Assembly (NCBI GenBank): GCA_964374125.1
Contig: CAYJXL010000002.1
Coordinates: 1 to 43,899, forward strand
DNA length: 43,899 nt
Direction: 5' to 3'
Source of the DNA: Candidatus Woesearchaeota archaeon
GTDB lineage: Archaea > Nanobdellota > Nanobdellia > SCGC-AAA011-G17 > UBA489
The notes below the pieces were generated by a model, which saw nothing but the letters and a program-made list of their open reading frames with translations, was not told the origin of the DNA and did not search any database. Within the stretch, counting starts at the first letter, position 1; every line of letters starts with the position of its first letter. Made by a program: the position numbers and the translations under genes. This document shows, piece by piece, positions 13,701-22,227 of this stretch.

Positions 13701-16253
13701 TTAAAAAGCTTGCGTCGCCGATTTGCGCTTGAAAAGCTTGAACAGCTCAAGTCCAAAGAAGCCCGCGCTTGCGAGAAGCACAACGTACGCCCAATCCTGA
13801 ACCATTAAAGGAACAACTTTAAACGCAATATGAAGCGGCGTATAAATGACCAGCGCTTGAAGCCCTATCGAAACAAGGGCCGCGAGGTTCAACCAGCGAT
13901 TGCTAAAAAAGTTCAGCGCAAACGCTTTTTGTGATCTGCTGCTGTACGCGCGGAAAAGCTCAAAGAGAATAAGCGTTGAAAACGCAACCGTCCTCGCTTT
14001 TGGCAAGTCATCAACATTATAGTAAAAGAGGGCTAGCACAATCACAGTTCCTATGATGCCGGTAACAATAATGTTGCCAGTCATGCCGCTCGTAATGCGC
14101 TCGCGAACGCTTCTCGGTTTTCGTCGCATGACATCTTCCGCAGGAGTATCGATGCCCAATGCCAGCGCAGGCCAGCTGTCAGTCATCAAATTGACCCAAA
14201 GAAGATGAACAGCAAGGAGGGGCAATGGCAAGCCAATAATGAGAGAGACAATGATGACGCCAACCTCTACTGTGTTCGCGCACAACAGATAATCAACAAA
14301 TTTCCGGATGTTGTCATACACCACGCGTCCATTTTTAACAGCATTCACGATGGTTGCAAAGTTGTCATCAAGCAAGACCATCTCCGCAGCATCCCTGCTG
14401 ACATCAGTTCCCTTCAGCGACATCGCAACACCAACATCCGCCCGTTTCAACGCAGGTGCGTCATTGATGCCATCGCCCGTCATCGCGACAATCTCGCCAT
14501 TCGCCTGCAGTGCCTTCAGGATGCGTACTTTATGGGAAGAGCTCGTGCGCGCAAAGATGCTGCAGTCTTTCACAGCAACATGAAGCTCTTCATCAGTCAT
14601 CACATCAAGTTCTTTGCCAATAACAATCCTTCCATCGAGTCCGACTTGATGCGCAATCGCCTTCGCCGTCAGGGGATGGTCTCCAGTAATCATCATGCTT
14701 CTGATGCCAGCAAGCTTGCATAGCTCAATAGCTTCTTTCACGTTATCCTTCGGCGGATCAATCATGCCCATCAAGCCAACAAAGTGCATCTCTCCGTGCT
14801 TCTCGTACGCCATCGCCAGCACGCGCAACGCTTCCTCAGCCAGCTGCTGGTTCACCTTGAGTATCTTCTCTCGATCTTTGGGAAGCAGCCTTCGTGTTTT
14901 TCCTCCGATGTTGATATACTTGCACATGTCCAAAATAATCTCCACCGCGCCTTTGTAGTAGCTGAATCCCTTGTGAACCGTAGCCATGTACTTCTTGTCC
15001 GCATCAAAAGGAATCTCATCAACGCGCTCAAGCCGGTCAGCGCCGCCCTTCAACGCCGCATACAACAAAGCCATCTCTGTCGGATCGCCAACTGTCTTTG
15101 TCGCGTTGTTGCACGTCATAGCAATCTCCAGAAGAAGCTGAAACTCTTTTGGATCAACCCTCTCGCCATCTTTGTAAAATTCTCCATCAGCGTTATATCC
15201 ATACCCTGTCGTTTCGATAACAGAATTGTTGACGTAAATCTTGCGCACCGTCATCTCATTCTTCGTCAGTGTTCCCGTCTTGTCAGAGCAAATAACAGTA
15301 ATATCACCCAATGTCTCAATGCTCTTGAGTTTTTTCACGAGCGCATTGCTCCGAATCATCGTCTGCACCGAAAGCGCCAGGCAGATGGTCACGACCGCAG
15401 GCAGCCCCTCGGGAACAGCCGCAACCGCAAGGCTGATGGACGTCAGAAGCATCTCATAAATGCCAAGGCCTTTCAAAACGCCAATGGCAAACACAAGCGC
15501 CGCAATCAACAAAACAAGAACGCCCAAAAAACGACCGAGCTGCGCAAGCTTCACTTGCAGTGGCGTCTTTGTTTCCTTCACTTCTTGAATCAACGACGCA
15601 ATCTTGCCAACCTCTGTATCCATGCCAGTCTCAACCACGATACCCTTGCCAGTGCCGCGAACGACGATTGTGCTTGAGTACATCATATTGTTCCGTTCAG
15701 CAAGTTCAACATCCTTGTTAATGGGTCCAATTTGCTTGGTGCACGGCTGGCTTTCCCCAGTCAACGAAGCCTCGCTGGTCTGCAAATTTCGTGCTTCAAA
15801 GATGCGGATATCAGCAGGCACCTTGTCGCCAGCCTCAAGAAAAACAACGTCCCCGGGAACAAGAAGGTTAGAGGGAATCTCGCGGACAACGCCGTTGCGT
15901 ATGACCTTCGCTTTTAGCGTCGTTAATTTCTTCAAGAGTTCCACCGCACGCTCTGCTTTGTATTCCTGCACAAATCCCAAGATCGCGTCAAATACAATAA
16001 TGCCAAGAATCACATACGCATCAAGGTACTCGCGCAGAAAAAAAGAGACAAGGGCTGCAAAAAGCAGGATGTAAATGACGATCTCATTAAACTGCCGAAA
16101 GAAGATTTGTATGGGATGTATTCTTCGCTCTTCTCGAAGCTTGTTCTCCCCATGTCGCTTCAACCGCTGCTCCGCCTCAACATCAGTAAGCCCGTTGACA
16201 GAAGTGTCCTTGAGGCGAAGAACCTCTTGAACAGCAAGACTGTGATAGGTCAT
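13701..16253 (-). CDS. P-type cation-transporting ATPase (type II, Ca2+/SERCA-PacL-like)
   Basis: Signature motifs 'CSDKTGTLT', 'TGDGINDAPAL', TM4 'PEGLP', 'TGES' and 'MITGDH' are all present. 850 aa. Confidence 0.9.
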   Translation of the reverse strand: MTYHSLAVQEVLRLKDTSVNGLTDVEAEQRLKRHGENKLREERRIHPIQIFFRQFNEIVIYILLFAALVSFFLREYLDAYVILGIIVFDAILGFVQEYKAERAVELLKKLTTLKAKVIRNGVVREIPSNLLVPGDVVFLEAGDKVPADIRIFEARNLQTSEASLTGESQPCTKQIGPINKDVELAERNNMMYSSTIVVRGTGKGIVVETGMDTEVGKIASLIQEVKETKTPLQVKLAQLGRFLGVLVLLIAALVFAIGVLKGLGIYEMLLTSISLAVAAVPEGLPAVVTICLALSVQTMIRSNALVKKLKSIETLGDITVICSDKTGTLTKNEMTVRKIYVNNSVIETTGYGYNADGEFYKDGERVDPKEFQLLLEIAMTCNNATKTVGDPTEMALLYAALKGGADRLERVDEIPFDADKKYMATVHKGFSYYKGAVEIILDMCKYINIGGKTRRLLPKDREKILKVNQQLAEEALRVLAMAYEKHGEMHFVGLMGMIDPPKDNVKEAIELCKLAGIRSMMITGDHPLTAKAIAHQVGLDGRIVIGKELDVMTDEELHVAVKDCSIFARTSSSHKVRILKALQANGEIVAMTGDGINDAPALKRADVGVAMSLKGTDVSRDAAEMVLLDDNFATIVNAVKNGRVVYDNIRKFVDYLLCANTVEVGVIIVSLIIGLPLPLLAVHLLWVNLMTDSWPALALGIDTPAEDVMRRKPRSVRERITSGMTGNIIVTGIIGTVIVLALFYYNVDDLPKARTVAFSTLILFELFRAYSSRSQKAFALNFFSNRWLNLAALVSIGLQALVIYTPLHIAFKVVPLMVQDWAYVVLLASAGFFGLELFKLFKRKSATQAF

Positions 16254-16301
16254 TGCAATATCGAGGCAGAATGAACTTTATATAATTAACGTTAGGCGTA
16301 A

Positions 16302-16315
16302 TTTTCGGGGGCGCG
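16302..16315. repeat. left arm of the inverted repeat flanking the AT-rich methyltransferase cassette
   Basis: 'ttttcgggggcgcg' is the perfect reverse complement of 17115-17128. The adjacent 'gttaggcgt' (16291-16299) pairs with 17179-17187. Confidence 0.8.
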
Positions 16316-16361
16316 ACTTTTTCTAGGAAATTTTATAAACATCAGAATAATTACTATAACT

Positions 16362-17108
16362 ATGACTGTGTATAATGAACCACTTTACTATGAAATTGCA
16401 TTTAGCTTTGTTGATGCCAAAAAACAGGTAGATTTGTTTGAGAACTTTATTAAAGAATATAGCAAAATAAGAGTAAAAAGAGTTCTGGATATTGCTTGTG
16501 GTACAAGTCTACAATTAAGAGAAATGGCTAAAAGAAGTTATGAAGCAATTGGCTTGGATTTGAGTTCACAAATGTTGGATTATCTAAAACAAAAAACCGA
16601 AGAAGAAGGAATAGAAGTAGACACGATTAAAGCAGATATGACAAAATTCAATCTAAAAGAGAAAGTTGATTTTGTTTTTATAATGATGGGTTCTTTTAGA
16701 TTTAAAAACAATAAAGAGCTTTTAAAACATCTTGATTGTGTTTCTAATTCCCTTAAAAAAGGTGGGTTATATCTTATTGAAAATATGGAATTAAATTGGC
16801 TAAGTTTTAAGCCTCAAAGTTGGATTATGAGGAGAGACGGAATTGAAGTAAAAACAACTTACAAATTAGAGCAAAAAGATCCACTTTCTCAAATATCTGA
16901 AGAAAACATAACCCTAGAAGTGAATGATCATGGGAAAAAATTAAAATTTGTTGAAAAAAGAATCACGAAACACGTTTATCCTCAAGAATTTCTGACTCTT
17001 GTTAAACTGAATAATAGATTTGAATTTCTTGGTTGGTTTGAGCGTTTCAAGTTTAAGAAATTAAAGAAAGGAAGTATGGATAATATTGTTCTTTTGCGTA
17101 AAAAATAA
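16362..17108 (+). CDS. class I SAM-dependent methyltransferase, compositionally foreign (AT-rich)
   Basis: Motif I is 'VLDIACGTSLQL', followed by 'GLDLSSQML' and 'DFVFIM'. The first 60 nt are about 32% G+C, against about 55% in a 60-nt sample of the neighbouring ATPase gene. The protein is rich in Lys, Asn, Ile and Phe. Confidence 0.8.
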   Translation: MTVYNEPLYYEIAFSFVDAKKQVDLFENFIKEYSKIRVKRVLDIACGTSLQLREMAKRSYEAIGLDLSSQMLDYLKQKTEEEGIEVDTIKADMTKFNLKEKVDFVFIMMGSFRFKNNKELLKHLDCVSNSLKKGGLYLIENMELNWLSFKPQSWIMRRDGIEVKTTYKLEQKDPLSQISEENITLEVNDHGKKLKFVEKRITKHVYPQEFLTLVKLNNRFEFLGWFERFKFKKLKKGSMDNIVLLRKK

Positions 17109-17114
17109 TTATGA

Positions 17115-17128
17115 CGCGCCCCCGAAAA
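17115..17128. repeat. right arm of the inverted repeat flanking the methyltransferase cassette
   Basis: 'cgcgcccccgaaaa' is the reverse complement of 16302-16315. The second segment 'acgcctaac' lies at 17179-17187, after a 50-nt spacer. Confidence 0.8.
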
Positions 17129-17188
17129 CTTCTCCGCTTCGCTCCGACCACTCCCTGCAGGCTTTCACTTTGTTCAGGACGCCTAACA

Positions 17189-17256
17189 GCGATTAAGAGG
17201 GAAAATCCTGCGAATTTTCCCCAAATTTTTGCTTCGCAAAAACATCGCTTAATCGC
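17189..17256. other. structured intergenic element (outer stem plus two hairpins), possibly a bidirectional terminator
   Basis: The outer 9-bp stem is gcgattaag/cttaatcgc. Hairpin 1 is gggaaaat-cctgcga-attttccc (17199-17221). Hairpin 2 is tttttgc-ttc-gcaaaaa (17226-17242), with T5 runs on both strands. It sits between convergent genes. Confidence 0.35.
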
Positions 17257-17268
17257 GATGTTAACGAA

Positions 17269-17988
17269 CTAATAAGTCACCGTAAACCCGATAAAATCTT
17301 TAGTCCACAAGATCAAGAGAATGCCAAGGGCGATCATGAAAAGACCGATAAAAAGTCGCATCCATCGCTTCTGGCGTTGCTTCCACTCCTGAATTCGTTT
17401 GACGCGCATGCCAAAGAACACCAGGAACAGAATCACAATAAGCGGCAAAACAAAGATCACATTGTAAAATAAGAGAAGCCCAAGAACATCCCATGTAAAC
17501 CCGATTTTCGCTAAGAACGTTGTAATTGCAAGATAAGGTCCGCCAGTGCAAGGTAACTCGACAGCTGCAACAAACATCCCCAGCAGGATCGCGCTCGGCA
17601 CAGTGACGTGCCGTACATATTTCTTGATCTGTTGCGCTCGTTTCGCTGGTATCGACAATGTGATGCCCTTGCCATACCACCAAAAATCTTTGACCTCAAT
17701 AAGCCCAAGGACAATGATTAAACCACCAACAATGATGCTCAAGGGTTCCGCAATGTTCAGCTTTTGAATGAAGTAAAGAAGGCCAACGCCTGCCGCGAGA
17801 TACGTCACGTATACTGCAAGGATATAAATGCTTCCGACAAACAGCATCTTCTTTCGGTCATGGGAAAGTGCCAGCAGCGTCGTAATCAAGAGGATAAGAA
17901 CGCCGATAGCGCAGGGATTGATGGAATCAATAAGCGCCGTTGTAATAACAATAGGCAATGCTGGAAGTGAAAGTTCTGCAACAGCCAT
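17269..17988 (-). CDS. ccdA: CcdA/DsbD-family transmembrane thiol:disulfide electron transporter
   Basis: The two conserved Cys motifs 'SINPCAIGVL' and 'ELPCTGGPYL' lie in a polytopic membrane protein of about 6 transmembrane segments. Confidence 0.75.
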   Translation of the reverse strand: MAVAELSLPALPIVITTALIDSINPCAIGVLILLITTLLALSHDRKKMLFVGSIYILAVYVTYLAAGVGLLYFIQKLNIAEPLSIIVGGLIIVLGLIEVKDFWWYGKGITLSIPAKRAQQIKKYVRHVTVPSAILLGMFVAAVELPCTGGPYLAITTFLAKIGFTWDVLGLLLFYNVIFVLPLIVILFLVFFGMRVKRIQEWKQRQKRWMRLFIGLFMIALGILLILWTKDFIGFTVTY

Positions 17989-17990
17989 AC

Positions 17991-18377
17991 CTATTGCACC
18001 TTCACAGGCATTGGACAGCCGCTTTTTGCTGCAAGCTGCTCAAACGTTGGCACACCAACAAGCCAGTTATCCTTATTGGAGTCGTCATTGAAGATGAATG
18101 TCGCATACTTGTCAATGCCTTTCTGAAGACAAAGCTCAGATTGCTCGTTCTCACCCTTCGGATCGCATTCAACATAAGTAAGATACTGAAAGGAACTGCC
18201 AAAATTCTTCTTGACCTGGGCGCACTTTGGGCACCAGAATGCGCCATACTCGACGCCACCATTTGCTGTAATGCACTTCGCCAATACATCTACTGATTCC
18301 CTTGTATATTTCGGTGCATTCGAGCATGCAGCTAAAACAACGGAAAGAGCCAAAAACGCAATGAAAATTCCTTTCAC
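17991..18377 (-). CDS. thioredoxin-like lipoprotein (VKOR-partner type)
   Basis: Lipobox-like 'VVLAAC'. 'YGAFWCPKCAQVKKNFG' resembles the Trx domains found fused to bacterial VKOR homologues. It overlaps the VKOR gene by 4 nt. Confidence 0.7.
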   Translation of the reverse strand: MKGIFIAFLALSVVLAACSNAPKYTRESVDVLAKCITANGGVEYGAFWCPKCAQVKKNFGSSFQYLTYVECDPKGENEQSELCLQKGIDKYATFIFNDDSNKDNWLVGVPTFEQLAAKSGCPMPVKVQ

Positions 18378-18919
18378 GATGTACCTCCAGGGAGTTTGTA
18401 AACCAAGAATAACGCTGCAAGAATCAAGAGATCAAGAACAACGCAAAAGATGCAGATTGTCTTCAAAACGTAAAGTTCAATATACACCAAATAAATCGCG
18501 TAAAGAACACTCAAGACGAGTATCCATTTCGCGACTACCAGTTGCCGATGAACGCTCATGCCAAGGAACTTTCGCTTCTGTTCTACCGCGCGGACGCTCA
18601 AAAAAAGGAATAAAAACGTCAAAAAACCCCAAAAGGCGTTCGTCGTAAGCAGGTCAATCAAGAAGCCATACTGCGAAAAATTCAAAAGTTGGACCTGGAC
18701 GCCCATGTCAAAAAGAAGAAAGTAAAGAATTCCATCAATGCTCGCATACGGACTCTTGTTGACAATCCCGCAGTCAAATGATTTCCCAAAAGTGCAAAAC
18801 TGCTCCGCGCTCTCGGAAAAATGCTCGTACACTAAAAACAACGACACAAGCATCGCAAGAACGCAAACTATCTTAAACAGCTGAAAAGCCCTCTTTTTTC
18901 GAGTTTTCATTGCAGACAT
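18374..18919 (-). CDS. vitamin K epoxide reductase (VKOR) family membrane protein
   Basis: The loop cysteine pair 'CTFGKSFDC' (C-x7-C) and the transmembrane 'CIFC' CxxC motif are present, with four transmembrane segments. The start is probably Met18 (18919) or Met21 (18910) of the ORF-track model. Confidence 0.7.
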   Translation of the reverse strand: MSAMKTRKKRAFQLFKIVCVLAMLVSLFLVYEHFSESAEQFCTFGKSFDCGIVNKSPYASIDGILYFLLFDMGVQVQLLNFSQYGFLIDLLTTNAFWGFLTFLFLFLSVRAVEQKRKFLGMSVHRQLVVAKWILVLSVLYAIYLVYIELYVLKTICIFCVVLDLLILAALFLVYKLPGGTS

Positions 18920-19101
18920 AAGGCGCAGGGGAAAAGCAAATGAAGCAGTAAGAGTTAACAAAACTCGCAAACATTCTTCTTTTTCTTCTTTGCCCCACTC
19001 TTTTTTTTCCTTCTTGGCATAAACATACGTCTCGAGAGGATATTTAAACTTTGTTGTTCTGAAAAGTAAAGTATATAAAAGTAAAAAACAGGGAAAATTT
19101 C

Positions 19102-20607
19102 ATGAAAAGAGGCTGGTATTTTTTTCTCTGGGTCGTTGCACTCGCAGTGGCAGTGAATGCCCAAATTCAGGCAGATCCAGAATGGCGGCACCATATAACG
19201 CTCGTGGACATTCCCCAGCTCAACCAGTTCCGCGTCCAGTCGCCCGCTATCGTTGGCAGCGGCGTCTTCTGGGTCGATAACCGAGACCAGCTCCAAGGAA
19301 CCGCTCTTTTCACAAAACTCTACGGCCAGTTCTACGACCAGAACAACCAGCCAACAGGACCAACCATCGTGCTGCCGCAGGAGGGCATCGCATCGCCAAG
19401 CTACGCAGGCTCAGATACGCAAGGAAATCATTATCTCGTCTACATCAGTGACCAGCGTCGGATCACGCTCGCGCAGGTGCGTGACGATCCTCCAAGAATG
19501 ATCTACAGCAGACAAATCACAACCAGCAGCACAATCCTGTACATTCGGCCGACAGCAGTCATCTACAGCGACAAGATATATCTCACAGCAACAAAAGCCC
19601 AGGCAGGTACGAACAACAAACTCATTCTAGTTGTCCTCAATCTTGACGGTTCCATAGCGCGAAGTGAACAGCAAATCGTCATCCCGGGCCAAGGTTCCGC
19701 GGACAGCATCACCGATGCCATTCTTGCAAAGGATCAGGCTGGCAGTCTCTATGTGTTCTACAAAATGCAAGTAGGCAGCAGCAGTAATGCATATGCTCTC
19801 AAGCTCGATCGTGCGTCAGGTGCCGTTCAGTGGAACACGTTCGTTGACACGACAATTTCTTCTATCGATGACCTGCTTATTGACGACGCGCAAAACAAGG
19901 TCTTCCTTGCATGGACTGTCACAGAAAGGATCAACAACCAGGACACGACAAACATCTTCTTTGGGCATGCTGACACACAAACAGGGCAACCGACAACGCC
20001 TCGTGTGAGGATCACGAATTCAGAATGGTACCATACAAGGCCTGACCTTATGCTCAGTGACGAAGGACTCGATATCTTCTATGAAGGGGGCCGCTCCGGC
20101 AACGCTGGATATGACATATACGACAATCATCTCAGCTCAAGTGGTCCCATTACAAGAGCAATAATAACAGGTGCCGGCGATTCACCGCTCGAGCACGCAG
20201 TCACAAAGCAAGGAAGCAAGATTCACGTGTTCTACGCAGACGGGAGCCTCGGCCATCGTCGCTTGCGAAAAACGCATTACCAGCCAACGCTCGACATGCC
20301 CAACCCGCGCCAAGCCTCTACTACACCCATTATAATCTACGCGTCACGCCAGAATCAGCAGAACGCATTCATCGCTCTTTCTCTTGGAACCGCAAATGGA
20401 TGGCTCGCGTTCGACGGGCTCTTCTTCCTTTCGTACCTACTCTTTCCCAGTGGACAAATAGTGCAGTTGGATGCGCAAGGCCGCGGCGTAGCACAGCTCT
20501 GGTTGCCTGGAGGCATTCCCTCAACGCCATTTTATATCGGATTCGTGACCTTTACTGACCACATCACCGCATTCTCTGATGTTGTTGCCCGGCAGACGCA
20601 GCCATAG
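19102..20607 (+). CDS. secreted hypothetical protein (beta-rich)
   Basis: 501 aa. Signal peptide 'MKRGWYFFLWVVALAVAVNAQIQ'. 'gtatataaaag' lies about 28 nt upstream of the ATG. I recognise no family. Confidence 0.6.
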   Translation: MKRGWYFFLWVVALAVAVNAQIQADPEWRHHITLVDIPQLNQFRVQSPAIVGSGVFWVDNRDQLQGTALFTKLYGQFYDQNNQPTGPTIVLPQEGIASPSYAGSDTQGNHYLVYISDQRRITLAQVRDDPPRMIYSRQITTSSTILYIRPTAVIYSDKIYLTATKAQAGTNNKLILVVLNLDGSIARSEQQIVIPGQGSADSITDAILAKDQAGSLYVFYKMQVGSSSNAYALKLDRASGAVQWNTFVDTTISSIDDLLIDDAQNKVFLAWTVTERINNQDTTNIFFGHADTQTGQPTTPRVRITNSEWYHTRPDLMLSDEGLDIFYEGGRSGNAGYDIYDNHLSSSGPITRAIITGAGDSPLEHAVTKQGSKIHVFYADGSLGHRRLRKTHYQPTLDMPNPRQASTTPIIIYASRQNQQNAFIALSLGTANGWLAFDGLFFLSYLLFPSGQIVQLDAQGRGVAQLWLPGGIPSTPFYIGFVTFTDHITAFSDVVARQTQP

Positions 20608-20643
20608 AGCGAAAGAATTAAAAGAGTATACGCATTCGCCTTC

Positions 20644-20853
20644 TTGATGAAACTAAGGGTATTTGTAGAACGCCAAAAAAAGTACGTCAGCATCGAGGTA
20701 CCGAAGGGAACAACAGTGCGCGTGCTCCTCGAAAAGCTCAAGCTCAACCCCGTTGCTGTTGTCACCACTATCGGCAACGAAGTGGTCACCGAAGACTGCA
20801 AGATCGAAGCAGAGGAAAAGATCAATATCCACTCCGTCGTTTCAGGCGGGTAA
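20644..20853 (+). CDS. ThiS/MoaD/Urm1-like ubiquitin-fold sulfur-carrier protein ending in Gly-Gly
   Basis: 69 aa of beta-grasp size. The C-terminus is '...IHSVVSGG*'. It lies 4 nt upstream of a PP-loop thiolase gene. Confidence 0.75.
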   Translation: MMKLRVFVERQKKYVSIEVPKGTTVRVLLEKLKLNPVAVVTTIGNEVVTEDCKIEAEEKINIHSVVSGG

Positions 20854-20857
20854 TTCA

Positions 20858-21757
20858 ATGACCTGTAGAAACTGCAACATCAAGCCCGTTTACAAGATGT
20901 TGAATGACAAGAACCTCTGCAAGAAGTGCTTCATCAAGTACTTCGAAAAAAAGATCCTCAAAACAATCAGGCTCTACAAGCTCGTCAGCAAGAATGACTC
21001 AATCGTCTGCGGCTTCTCCGGTGGAAAGGACAGTGCAACAAATCTCTACATCTTAAACAACCTTCTCAAGAAGTACGGGAAACAGCCGATCGCGCTCGCA
21101 ATAGATGAAGGCATCAAAGGCTACAGAAACAAAACACTAGACGATGCGAGGAAGTTTTGCAAGCAGTACAAAATGCCTCTAAAGATTATTTCCTACAAAA
21201 AAGAGCTTGGAACCACGCTCGACAGCTTCTTGCGAAAGTGGAAAGGTCGCCCATGCACGCCCTGCGGTGTCTTTCGTCGGTATCTCCTTAACAAAGGCGC
21301 TCGCGAATTAGGTGCAACAAGACTCGCAACAGGCCATAATCTTGATGACGAAGCCCAAAGCATCCTCATGAATCAAGTCAAAGGAAACATGCAGCTCTCG
21401 GCAAAGCTCGGCCCGGTAACAGGCGTTCTCGTCCACCCGAAGTTTATTCGACGTGTCAAGCCATTGTATTTCATGTCAGAAAAGGAAGTAACCATTTACG
21501 CGAAACTACAAGGGTTTCCCGTGCATTTCAGCGAATGCCCAAACTTCAAGGATAACTTCCGTGATTACATTGGTGCAATCCTCAACGATCTTGAAGCAAA
21601 GTACCCGGGAACAAAGCACGGCATCATCAACGCATTCCTTCAAGTCTTGCCATCGCTACGCAAAAAATATCAGCACGAGGAAATAGGCACCTGTAAAAAC
21701 TGCGGCGAGCCAGCAACAAAAGACAGGTGCAAAGCCTGCGAGCTGCTACAAAAATGA
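20858..21757 (+). CDS. TtuA/Ncs6(Ctu1)-family tRNA 2-thiolation PP-loop ATPase
   Basis: Zinc fingers 'CRNCN..CKKC' and 'CKNCG...CKAC'. PP-loop 'GFSGGKDS'. Also 'GHNLDDEAQSILMN' and the cluster cysteines 'CTPCG'. Start set at the ATG at 20858. Confidence 0.8.
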   Translation: MTCRNCNIKPVYKMLNDKNLCKKCFIKYFEKKILKTIRLYKLVSKNDSIVCGFSGGKDSATNLYILNNLLKKYGKQPIALAIDEGIKGYRNKTLDDARKFCKQYKMPLKIISYKKELGTTLDSFLRKWKGRPCTPCGVFRRYLLNKGARELGATRLATGHNLDDEAQSILMNQVKGNMQLSAKLGPVTGVLVHPKFIRRVKPLYFMSEKEVTIYAKLQGFPVHFSECPNFKDNFRDYIGAILNDLEAKYPGTKHGIINAFLQVLPSLRKKYQHEEIGTCKNCGEPATKDRCKACELLQK

Positions 21758-22227
21758 AATACTACGATAAAATCGCCAAAGGCTACAACGAACTCTATGG
21801 AGCGGAGCAGATCAAAAAAGCGCGTCTTCTGAAACAACATCTGAAAATCAATGGTTTGTTGCTGGATATAGGTGCAGGTACAGGTATCGCAACAGAGGAA
21901 TTCAAAAGTCAAGCAACGTGCGTTTTACTCGACCCGAGTTTAGAAATGTTAAGGAAGGCGCAAGGCCTTCGTGTTTGTGCAACAGCCGAGCATCTTCCGT
22001 TCAAGAAGAGAACATTCGGCGCAATCATTTCATTAACCGCTCTCCATCACGCCAACATGAAAAAAGCGCTCAAGGAGATCAATCGCATTGCAGGAAAGAA
22101 CACCGCCATCGGCATAAGCATTCTCAAGAGATCATCAGCCATCAAGGCAAACCTTCTGAGAAAATGGAAAAAGATAGAAGAAGAGAAAGATGTCCTCTTT
22201 ATTTCCTCCGGCGAATCTTCGCGATAA
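21754..22227 (+). CDS. small class I SAM-dependent methyltransferase
   Basis: 'LLDIGAGTGIATEEF' is motif I, followed by 'FGAIISLTALHH'. The ATG at 21754 overlaps the thiolase stop codon (ATGA). Confidence 0.7.
   Translation: MKYYDKIAKGYNELYGAEQIKKARLLKQHLKINGLLLDIGAGTGIATEEFKSQATCVLLDPSLEMLRKAQGLRVCATAEHLPFKKRTFGAIISLTALHHANMKKALKEINRIAGKNTAIGISILKRSSAIKANLLRKWKKIEEEKDVLFISSGESSR

Noticed and set aside
14205-16074. Several long plus-strand ORFs (up to 297 aa, e.g. 14784-15677) inside the P-type ATPase region.
   Set aside because: They are antisense shadow ORFs of a confidently identified 850-aa gene. Their products are low-complexity and Arg/Ser/Leu-rich, with no motifs.
18955-19296. A 113-aa minus-strand ORF spanning the VKOR upstream region and the start of the 501-aa secreted protein.
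   Set aside because: It overlaps the signal-peptide-encoding start of a much better supported gene and that gene's promoter. It has no recognisable features.
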